A stretch of DNA of 64,000 bases, from positions 1-64,000 of the forward strand of contig JABWCP010000003.1 in assembly GCA_013360215.1 (NCBI GenBank), given 5' to 3'. Positions 1 to 7,995 of this stretch are shown here, one piece after another. The notes beneath the pieces are model-generated. The model saw nothing but the letters and a program-made list of their open reading frames with translations, made no database searches and was not told the origin of the DNA. Origin of the DNA: a bacterium (GTDB lineage Bacteria > CLD3 > SB21). The number at the start of each line of letters is the position of its first letter. Positions within the stretch are counted from its first letter, which is position 1. The position numbers and the translations under genes were made by a program.

Positions 1-406
1 CCCATACCACGTCAAACGATGCATCCGGAAAATCCGTATGGCAATAATCCATGATTTTAAATTCCGTCTGTTCGGATACACCACGGTCTTTGGCAAAAGC
101 CTCCGCTTGGGCAACTTGCCTATCACTAAGTGTGATTCCTACCGCATGGCAGCCGCGGGTTTTGGCAAGATAAATACTGCTCCCGCCTACACCGCAACCG
201 GCGTCAAGTACCCTATCCGATGATGTAATCCCCACCGCCTCTGCCATCACTTCGTTCATCCGAAGCAGCGACTCGGAAAATGAAGAGACTTTATCGTCCC
301 AATAACCGTAGTGCACGGATAAACTGTTTTTCACATCCCAGTGCAGATGGTAAGCTTTTTCCGTCGCGTGATAATACTCGACTATATTTTTGAGATACGT
401 ATTCAT
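1..406 (-). CDS. SAM-dependent methyltransferase (tocopherol/sterol C-methyltransferase-like), 3' end runs off the window
   Basis: Not in the ORF track. Manual translation from ATG at 406: MNTYLKNIVEYYHATEKAYHLHWDVKNSLSVHYGYWDD...RVLDAGCGVGGSSIYLAK...VGITLS...FPDASFDVVW; SAM motif I plus HYGYW motif. Confidence 0.85.
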   Translation of the reverse strand, partial: MNTYLKNIVEYYHATEKAYHLHWDVKNSLSVHYGYWDDKVSSFSESLLRMNEVMAEAVGITSSDRVLDAGCGVGGSSIYLAKTRGCHAVGITLSDRQVAQAEAFAKDRGVSEQTEFKIMDYCHTDFPDASFDVVW

Positions 407-481
407 AGTGTTACGGTAATTATCCCCTATAACTATAATAATGATCTTTTGATGTTATGCGATCCGTCTGAGCCAACACGC

Positions 482-512
482 AAAAAATTCGCCGCATGTT
501 GGTGCGGCGAAT
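482..512 (-). terminator. Intrinsic terminator after desaturase
   Basis: ATTCGCCGCA/TGCGGCGAAT stem with A-run on the left (U-tail on the minus strand). Confidence 0.7.
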
Positions 513-566
513 GATAAGAAAAATATTTTAAAAGTAATGACTTTTTTTAAGTCATATCTCAAAATT

Positions 567-1655
567 TTACCCTAATTGTACAGGGATATATCCTACTTTA
601 CGCAGATGGCGTACATGCGACGCCAGCGCCGACCAGAACGACTTATTCTCATAATAAGGTATTCCAAATTCCTGCGCGGTTCGTTTTACGATATCCGAAA
701 TCGCCGGGTAATGCGTATGACAAATATGCGGGAACAAGTGATGCTCTACCTGCAGATTGAGTCCGCCACAAATCCATGTAGCAATTTTACTTTTACGTGA
801 AAAATTAGCAGTCGTTTTCAATTGATGTACAAAAAATTCGTTTTCGAGCATACCGTCTTCGTGCGGCTCGGGAAACTCCATACCTTCCACCACATGTGCC
901 ATTTGGAATACTAATGCCAGCGTAATACCGGTCGTCATGTGCATCACAAGAAATCCTATGATCACCATCCAGAACGGAACCGGCAACACAATAATGGGTA
1001 AAATAAGAAATAGCGTGAAATGCACGAGCTTGAACATAAACATGCTTGCGATGAGCGGCACCGACGGCAGTTTCGTCGTGTACACACCGTTATGCTTCAT
1101 AAACATACGCTGATAGTCTTTGCGCAGGACCCAATTAAGCGATGTGAGCGTATACACCGCAAAAGCGTAGATATACTGAAAACGGTGAATCTTATGCGTC
1201 GGCTGGCTGGGTGCGAGTTTTATCAAAGGACGACCGTCAATATCACGATCCGCACCCGGAATATTGGTATAGGTATGATGAATCACATTGTGATACATGC
1301 GCCACAAATACACACTAGCACCGAAAATTTCAAATGTAAGCCCCATCAGCGTGTTGACCCATTTACGGTGTGACATCGCACCATGAATGGCGTCATGCCC
1401 TACATTGAAGCCGATGCACGCTACTAAAAAGCCCATGAGCATAGCTGCAAGCAAAAGCCCCCATACCGATAAAATACCGGAAATTATAAGGACGTAAGTC
1501 ATCACAGCCAAACTCAAATAAAAGCCACTTTTGATAGCCATATGCAAACCGCCGCGCATGGAAATGCCTTTTTCAGCAAAGTATTGCTGAACGCGTTCCT
1601 TGAGTACCTGGCTAAAAGCGCCTTGTACCGGTGCAAAGGAAATCTTTCGATCCAT
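567..1655 (-). CDS. Membrane fatty acid (acyl-CoA) desaturase
   Basis: Three His boxes HDAIH, HNVIHH, QVEHHLF; hydrophobic helices. Confidence 0.92.
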   Translation of the reverse strand: MDRKISFAPVQGAFSQVLKERVQQYFAEKGISMRGGLHMAIKSGFYLSLAVMTYVLIISGILSVWGLLLAAMLMGFLVACIGFNVGHDAIHGAMSHRKWVNTLMGLTFEIFGASVYLWRMYHNVIHHTYTNIPGADRDIDGRPLIKLAPSQPTHKIHRFQYIYAFAVYTLTSLNWVLRKDYQRMFMKHNGVYTTKLPSVPLIASMFMFKLVHFTLFLILPIIVLPVPFWMVIIGFLVMHMTTGITLALVFQMAHVVEGMEFPEPHEDGMLENEFFVHQLKTTANFSRKSKIATWICGGLNLQVEHHLFPHICHTHYPAISDIVKRTAQEFGIPYYENKSFWSALASHVRHLRKVGYIPVQLG

Positions 1656-1811
1656 TGGAAAAACTTTCTATTTATGATTGGTTAGTGAAACCGATTATAT
1701 CAAGCAGTGTTATCGCGTCGCTTGTAGGACGCGTAATAGTCATAAATTATATTTAAAATCTCAAGTAGAAAAATAAAATTAATTTAAACTACCTAAGTAA
1801 CTAAAAAATTA

Positions 1812-1840
1812 TTGCGTCATCCGTTGCGCCTATCTATATT
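1812..1840 (+). promoter_or_regulatory. Sigma70-like promoter of the Rieske/cytochrome b operon
   Basis: TTGCGT-N17-TATATT about 75 nt upstream of the Rieske ATG. Confidence 0.55.
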
Positions 1841-1915
1841 GGCGCACTTCTTTTGATCCGAATCAGTCCAATCTTTCTACATAATTGTTTCACAACCTAA
1901 CGCGAGAACCTGTCT

Positions 1916-2383
1916 ATGAAAGACACCAAGGATCCATCGGAGCATATTCATATGCCCGACAAGCGGGATTTTATGCGCACGGTCTTTACGGGCGGCTTTA
2001 TGCTCTGGATCGGCGCATTTTTGTACCCGGTGTATCGTTATCTGAAACCGCGGGTCGAAGAAGATACGGCCAATGCCGTACAATCGGTCGTCGCCGGTAA
2101 AGTAGCCGACTTTGACAAAGTCCGGGCCAAGTTGGTCAAATTTGGAAGCAAACCTGTACTCTTGCTGAAAAACGATGCGGGCGAATTGGTGGCACTTGGC
2201 GCAACCTGCAAGCATCTCGGGTGTACGGTACAGTATGTATCGGACAAGAATCATATTTTTTGCGGATGCCATGGCGGCATCTATGATCTTACCGGAAAAA
2301 ACATTGCCGGGCCGCCGCCGGCGCCTTTAGATAAGTTCAAAGTCGTCACCAACGGAGACGAAATCGTGATTCATCGGGTTTAA
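1916..2383 (+). CDS. Rieske 2Fe-2S subunit of a Rieske/cytochrome b complex
   Basis: Tat-like KRDFM plus TM anchor; CKHLGC and CGCHGG boxes; GPPPAPL motif. Confidence 0.93.
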   Translation: MKDTKDPSEHIHMPDKRDFMRTVFTGGFMLWIGAFLYPVYRYLKPRVEEDTANAVQSVVAGKVADFDKVRAKLVKFGSKPVLLLKNDAGELVALGATCKHLGCTVQYVSDKNHIFCGCHGGIYDLTGKNIAGPPPAPLDKFKVVTNGDEIVIHRV

Positions 2384-2407
2384 TCCATCACTAAACGCAA
2401 AAAAACT

Positions 2408-3514
2408 ATGTCCAACGAAATTGCCAATAAAAACCATGACGATCCGAATATTGCGTTTCTTCCCAAATTTATACGGGAACGCTACGACGTAGGCTGGATA
2501 GTCGCTTTTTTCAAACATAAAGAAGTACCCGTACACAAGCACAGCGTGTGGTATTACATGGGCGGCATCTCCTTATTTTTGTTTATCGTTCAGATCGTGA
2601 CCGGCGTACTGCTGATGGTTCACTACAATGCCGGTGAAGCCCACGCCAGCGTACAAGCCATCATGTCGCAAGTAGACTTCGGCTGGTTGATCCGCTCCAC
2701 ACACAGTTGGTCGGCCAACCTCATGGTCTTTTTCGTATTCCTGCATATGTTCAGTGTGTTTTTTATGAAATCCTACAAATACCCGCGGGAAATGACGTGG
2801 ATGACGGGCATGATTTTGCTTGCCATGTGCCTCGGCTTCGGATTTAGCGGGTATCTTTTGCCGTGGGATCAGTTGGCTTATTTTGCCACACAGATCGGCG
2901 TGAAGACCACTGAAGCCGTCCCGGTGATGGGCGGGTTCATCGCGGACATGCTGCGCGGTGGTAAAGAACTCGGCACGCAAACCATTGAGCGCTTTTACGC
3001 GTTGCACGTGTGGGTGCTGCCGGCGCTTTTTATGATGACGCTGGGTTTGCATTTGCTTTTCGTTCAACTTCAAGGCATTCACGCACCGGAGTTTTTTGAA
3101 AATCAACCCGCCGACAAAAAGAAATACATGAAGTTTTTTCCGGACTTCGCGATCAAAGATGTGTATGTATGGCTGATTGTTATGAATTTTCTCGGCTTGC
3201 TGGCAGTGATGTTTCCCTGGGAACTCGGCGCGGAAGCCGATCCTCTGGCACCGGCTCCGGCAGGTATCAAACCGGAGTGGTATTTCCTCGCCATGTTCCA
3301 GCTGCTCAAACTATTCCCGCCGGAAATCGGACCGATCGAAGGCGAACTTTTCGGAATCATGCTCTTCAGTTTGGTAGGTGCGCTTTGGGCCGCGATACCC
3401 TTTATTGATTCGCGTACGGCGCCGGCATGGCGTTCACGGGCGACATTCTATTTTGGTATCGCATTTTTGACCGGCTTTATCATCTTCACGATGTGGGGCC
3501 ATTATTCGAAATGA
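2408..3514 (+). CDS. Cytochrome b (b6 and subunit IV fused)
   Basis: Four heme His (RSTHSW...FLHMF; ALHVW...GLHLL), GYLLPWDQ, PEWY Qo motif. Confidence 0.93.
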   Translation: MSNEIANKNHDDPNIAFLPKFIRERYDVGWIVAFFKHKEVPVHKHSVWYYMGGISLFLFIVQIVTGVLLMVHYNAGEAHASVQAIMSQVDFGWLIRSTHSWSANLMVFFVFLHMFSVFFMKSYKYPREMTWMTGMILLAMCLGFGFSGYLLPWDQLAYFATQIGVKTTEAVPVMGGFIADMLRGGKELGTQTIERFYALHVWVLPALFMMTLGLHLLFVQLQGIHAPEFFENQPADKKKYMKFFPDFAIKDVYVWLIVMNFLGLLAVMFPWELGAEADPLAPAPAGIKPEWYFLAMFQLLKLFPPEIGPIEGELFGIMLFSLVGALWAAIPFIDSRTAPAWRSRATFYFGIAFLTGFIIFTMWGHYSK

Positions 3515-3543
3515 AAATTTTATTTCAATGAAAGGGCTCGTAT

Positions 3544-4920
3544 ATGCCTGAATATCCCGTATGGAATGTGGGCGGCGTCGGACATGGGTGGATCATCGGA
3601 TTGATCGCCATGACGCACGTCTATATTTCCCACTTTGCTATCGGTGGCGGATTGTATATGGCCGTCACAGAAGCGTTAGCCGTCAAGCGCAATGATCAAG
3701 CTATGATCGGTTATCTTCGAAGCCATTCTAATTTTTTGCTTTTGCTTACGACCGTACTCGGTGCGATGGGCGGCATCGGTATCTGGTTTGCCGTCGGATT
3801 GGTCAATCCCGCTTCGATCCAGGCTTTGATTCATAATTTTATGTTCTTTTGGGCGATCGAATGGGTGGTCTTTGTGGTCGAAATCGCCATTGCGTTTTTT
3901 TATTACTACTCCTGGGACAAAGTCTCGCCGCAATTTCACGTGAAGTTAGCATGGCTGTATTTTATCATCTCCGCATTTTCCCTCTTGGTGATTAATGGTA
4001 TTCTGACGTTCATGTTGACGCCCGGTAAATGGCTTGAGACCGGTAATGTGTGGGACGGATTTTTTAATCCTTCGTATTTCCCGTCCGTCATCGTTCGCTT
4101 TTTGATCATGTGTACGATTGCCGGTGTGTTTTCGATTTTTACATCCTCGCGCGTCAAAGACGAAAATTTGCGCACCCGCTTATTGCATTATTCGGCCAAA
4201 TGGCTTATGCCTTCGTTTTTCCTGCTGCCGTTCTTTTTATACTGGTATTTCACAAGCCTCCCGGCCGATGTGGCCAAACTTTTGGAAACGGGTATCGCCA
4301 ATATCGGCGCAGGCAATCTTTCCGTGTTGACCCGCGTACTTTTGTTAACCATGCTTTTATCCGTGACGATCTACGTGATCGCATTGGTCGGTCCGTTTTT
4401 CAATCCGAAAATCTTCACTTTCGGATTTAGCGTGGCGATACTGATTCTGGGTTTGATCGTCACCGGTGCCACGGAAAGTATTCGTGAAATGATTCGTAAG
4501 CCGTACACCGTGTACGGTTATTTGTATTCCAACGGCACCTTGAAAAAAGCTTCGGCGGATTCTTCCAATTACGGCATTCTCAAACATTATCCATGGATCG
4601 CCGAAAAAGAAATCACGCCGGCCAATATGAAAACCGTCGGGCAAAAAATATTTCTCGCGCAGTGCCAGAGCTGTCATACACCGACCGGCTATCGTTCGAT
4701 GAAAGATTTGGCCAAAGGCTGGGATCGTGAATTTATCTTTCGCCGTCTAACGACGCTGCCGGCAACGGGCATCATGCCACCTTTTATGGGTGATGAACAG
4801 GAACGCCGTGCATTGGCGGACTATATCGGTGATATTGTGGGCGCGGGTCCATGGCCTCCGACGGATAGCATACCCACAACAACGCCGGCGCCAGCACCGA
4901 CCGCCAGCATCAAAAACTAA
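3544..4920 (+). CDS. Cytochrome bd subunit I (CydA)-like protein with C-terminal c-type cytochrome domain
   Basis: THVYISHF, WAIEWVVFVVE, FMLTPG, REMIRKPY (GRQPW equivalent); CQSCH heme motif with distal MPPF. Confidence 0.8.
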   Translation: MPEYPVWNVGGVGHGWIIGLIAMTHVYISHFAIGGGLYMAVTEALAVKRNDQAMIGYLRSHSNFLLLLTTVLGAMGGIGIWFAVGLVNPASIQALIHNFMFFWAIEWVVFVVEIAIAFFYYYSWDKVSPQFHVKLAWLYFIISAFSLLVINGILTFMLTPGKWLETGNVWDGFFNPSYFPSVIVRFLIMCTIAGVFSIFTSSRVKDENLRTRLLHYSAKWLMPSFFLLPFFLYWYFTSLPADVAKLLETGIANIGAGNLSVLTRVLLLTMLLSVTIYVIALVGPFFNPKIFTFGFSVAILILGLIVTGATESIREMIRKPYTVYGYLYSNGTLKKASADSSNYGILKHYPWIAEKEITPANMKTVGQKIFLAQCQSCHTPTGYRSMKDLAKGWDREFIFRRLTTLPATGIMPPFMGDEQERRALADYIGDIVGAGPWPPTDSIPTTTPAPAPTASIKN

Positions 4921-4930
4921 CCCAGGAATC

Positions 4931-6070
4931 ATGCGTATGCAGAACCAACTCCCCATACCTCATCCCGATCCGCTCGGCGTACCCGGCGACATCGGATTGA
5001 TTCTTTTTTTACTGTATCTCACGTTTTTTTTACACGTCATCCTGATGAATGCACTCCTTGGCGGCGCATTCATGACAGTGATATCCGAATGGATTTCAAG
5101 AAAAACAAATAATCAGCAAACCAAAGATCACCATATCCATCTCGCGGAAAAATTAGGCCATATTCTTCCATTTAGTGTTTCGCTCACGGTATCGATGGGC
5201 ATCGCACCGTTGCTTTTCGTACAAGTGATATACGGGCAATTTTTTTATACCTCGTCCGTACTGATGGCGTGGATATGGCTGTCCGTCGTGTTTCTGATCG
5301 TTATCGGCTATTACAGTTTGTATGCCTACACGCGCGGATTTGAACGATGGGCCAATCGGCGTTATATCTTTATGATCATAAGCTGCGTGATGTTTTTTCT
5401 GATCGCTTTTATCTATGTCAATAATCTCACGCTCATGCAGACACCGCAAAAATGGTTAGACATTTATACTCAAACCAACGGCACAGGGTATCATTGGAAT
5501 ATGGATGAAGCCACCCTGATGCCGCGCTATCTGCATTTCGCATTTTCGGCCATTGCCGTAGCGGGTATGTTGGTTTTGATACTTGGTATGCGTGAGAAAA
5601 AAGATAACGCTCTTTCTTCGTTTATGAAACGTTGGGGCGGAACATGGTTTCTCATCGGCACCGTCGCCAATACCGTTGTCGGATTTATGTTTTATTTTGC
5701 CATCCCGGAAGCGTTGCGTAAAGCCTTCACGGAGGGCACCGGACAAATGTTATTCCTTTCCAGTCATGCATTATTCATCATCGGAACACTGGCTATTGCG
5801 GCCGTAACGTTTCTCAAAGCGAACAACATGATCGGATGGGTCGGCATCACCGCGATGCTCGTGGGTATCGCAGAAAAAGTCATCAGCCGCGATCTGTTGC
5901 GTCAGGAATATCTGAAACAAGTCAACTGGACGCACGCGGTATTACAAACCAAACCGCAAAACGATGTCATCGCGCTCTTTTTTATTTCCTTTGTCGCCGG
6001 TATCGGGTTGCTACTTTGGGTTTATATTCGATACAAAAAAGAAGTCGCTGCGCACACGCAACAATCTTAA
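4931..6070 (+). CDS. Polytopic membrane protein, probable partner subunit (CydA'-like) of the bd-like oxidase
   Basis: Many TM helices; FLHVILMN and PRYLHF His motifs; start moved from 4790 to ATG 4931 after AGGA, just past the upstream stop. Confidence 0.65.
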   Translation: MRMQNQLPIPHPDPLGVPGDIGLILFLLYLTFFLHVILMNALLGGAFMTVISEWISRKTNNQQTKDHHIHLAEKLGHILPFSVSLTVSMGIAPLLFVQVIYGQFFYTSSVLMAWIWLSVVFLIVIGYYSLYAYTRGFERWANRRYIFMIISCVMFFLIAFIYVNNLTLMQTPQKWLDIYTQTNGTGYHWNMDEATLMPRYLHFAFSAIAVAGMLVLILGMREKKDNALSSFMKRWGGTWFLIGTVANTVVGFMFYFAIPEALRKAFTEGTGQMLFLSSHALFIIGTLAIAAVTFLKANNMIGWVGITAMLVGIAEKVISRDLLRQEYLKQVNWTHAVLQTKPQNDVIALFFISFVAGIGLLLWVYIRYKKEVAAHTQQS

Positions 6071-6073
6071 ACG

Positions 6074-6106
6074 AAAAACGCCCGATACAATGTCGGGCGT
6101 TTTTTT
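6074..6106 (+). terminator. Bidirectional intrinsic terminator
   Basis: AAAAACGCCCGA...TCGGGCGTTTTTTT. Confidence 0.8.
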
Positions 6107-6114
6107 ATAAAAGA

Positions 6115-6320
6115 CTTCATAATTGAATTTACATGTATTCTTACGACACGCTTGATTCGTTGGCTATGTTTTGACAAGCATGCGCCACTAACTTATTTCC
6201 AAAGTTTACTTCCCGTTTCTCTTTGCGGCTTTGCGAGACTGAATACAAGCTCGCTAAGGCGCATATCAATTTCTTCATAATTGAATTTACATGTATTCTT
6301 ACGACACGCTTGATTCGTTG
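6115..6320. repeat. Two exact 48-bp direct repeats (6115-6162, 6273-6320) around a 110-bp unique segment
   Basis: CTTCATAATTGAATTTACATGTATTCTTACGACACGCTTGATTCGTTG occurs twice. Confidence 0.9.
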
Positions 6321-6367
6321 ACAATGACAATAAAAATATGCGATCCTTAATAAGAAGCGCAGTACTT

Positions 6368-7006
6368 TTATAAAATCACTTCGCGTTGTCTTTTTTTCCA
6401 TGCTTTGAAAATCATACCGCTGAGGGCAACGCTTAGAGCAATCATACTCAGGGGATAGAGCCACCGCTGCAGAGTCATAAGGTGACTTGCCCAATGGTTC
6501 ATATACATCGGACTGTAATATCCGATCAACACAAGCGACACCGACTGTATGCTCACAACCGCAGCATCTATAACGATAAATCGTCGAATCGGAAAACGAA
6601 GAAGACCCATAGCAAAATGTATATTTGAACGCAATCCGTACACCCATCGTCCAAAAAATAAAACTTTAGACCCCTGCCGTAAAAAAAGCGCGTCCGCTTT
6701 ACGTATGCGTTCTTCATTGAGTATCCATGAAAACGGACGCACACGCATGAGTTTGTTGCCTAGAATCTGAGCAAAATAGTACTGATACACATCGCTTATC
6801 ACAATACCCGCAAACAACGTCAAAATGGCCGGCGCAGGACTCATTATTCCGCGTTCGATAAGATAACCCGTCGTAATACACATTAGTTCTTCCGGCAACG
6901 GTAACGGGAATATGGTCGTTAATAGTAATAATCCAAATAAACCGGCGTAGCCATACGTCTCAAAATCTCCGCTTAATACGGTAATGACCGTTTGCAGTTC
7001 ACTCAT
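6368..7006 (-). CDS. DedA family membrane protein
   Basis: PLPEE motif, G..SD...Y, FFGRWVYGLR. Confidence 0.9.
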   Translation of the reverse strand: MSELQTVITVLSGDFETYGYAGLFGLLLLTTIFPLPLPEELMCITTGYLIERGIMSPAPAILTLFAGIVISDVYQYYFAQILGNKLMRVRPFSWILNEERIRKADALFLRQGSKVLFFGRWVYGLRSNIHFAMGLLRFPIRRFIVIDAAVVSIQSVSLVLIGYYSPMYMNHWASHLMTLQRWLYPLSMIALSVALSGMIFKAWKKRQREVIL

Positions 7007-7911
7007 GAGATCATGTTTCCGTTAATGGGTATCGGATTATGGACAATGATTTCTTGCAGCGTCGGTTTTATTCGGATTCCCACGGTTGATAACACGGCGC
7101 AATGATCCGAATACGGACGTTCTGCGTCATTCAGCATGCGTTCACTATCCACCATAGTCAGATCAAGCCGGCTTTGTTTGGGTGTGAGCAAAAACACGTA
7201 GTCGATACGTTCATTGCGATCGTGCATTTTCGGTTTGACATGATAAGAGCGATCTACAAAATAGGTATGGCCGTCCGCCTGTCCGTGCCGCGCAGAAAAG
7301 GTATCTGTAAGCGACTCGCGGAATTGATGTATAGCCCAATGACGGAACACACAATATTCTAATGAAGAAGGAGAGAAATTAAAATCTCCGGCAATCACGC
7401 TTGGAATATGATGTTCTAAACCGGCCACCCAACTTTGGAGCTGGCGCAATTGTTGAAGACGCATTGTGACATGCAACGGTTTTTTACCGGATCCCAGGTG
7501 CGTATTGATCACGCGCACAATGCCTTGTTTAGTATCTATATCCGCGGCTACTGCGCCTTTACCGACGAACCATTCATCCGGCGAAGTAAAACGATGAAAT
7601 CGCAACGTTTGGGTATGCATGATCGGAAACCGTGAAAGCATCAAGAGACCGTTTCCCAAAGGACCGCGCCATGTGCCCCGCCCGGGCTGGTAGACATGGT
7701 ACGGATAACCCGACTCGCGAATTAAAAAATTGGCAATAGAGGGACACCATACTTCCTGCAACAGAATGACATCCGATTTCGATCGATGCAGAGCGGAAGC
7801 GATGCGATCCATACGTGCTTGAATATCACGTGCGATGTGAAGCGGTCCGATCTTGAGTCCCCAGACATTAAACGTGAGTACGCGGAGAGGGAAATTTTTT
7901 GTTTGTTTCAT
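7003..7911 (-). CDS. Endonuclease/exonuclease/phosphatase (EEP) family, neutral sphingomyelinase-like
   Basis: TFNVWGL, LLQEVW, NTHL, GDFN, RIDY, SDH catalytic motifs; 4-nt overlap with dedA. Confidence 0.85.
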   Translation of the reverse strand: MKQTKNFPLRVLTFNVWGLKIGPLHIARDIQARMDRIASALHRSKSDVILLQEVWCPSIANFLIRESGYPYHVYQPGRGTWRGPLGNGLLMLSRFPIMHTQTLRFHRFTSPDEWFVGKGAVAADIDTKQGIVRVINTHLGSGKKPLHVTMRLQQLRQLQSWVAGLEHHIPSVIAGDFNFSPSSLEYCVFRHWAIHQFRESLTDTFSARHGQADGHTYFVDRSYHVKPKMHDRNERIDYVFLLTPKQSRLDLTMVDSERMLNDAERPYSDHCAVLSTVGIRIKPTLQEIIVHNPIPINGNMIS

Positions 7912-7995
7912 GCGCGGTGTTTTCTTTTAAAGAAACAACACGCATGTTATGAGAATAGAATGTTTTCGTTACGAAGAGATTAAATGAGAAATAAC

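Noticed and set aside
1839-1856. Sigma-54 promoter (TGGCGC...) for the Rieske operon
   Set aside because: No GC at the -12 position
4790-4930. N-terminal extension of the membrane-protein ORF
   Set aside because: Overlaps the upstream gene by 131 nt; ATG 4931 has an RBS and fits better
6141-6647. 168-aa minus-strand ORF overlapping dedA
   Set aside because: Alternate frame of dedA running into the repeat region; no protein-like motifs
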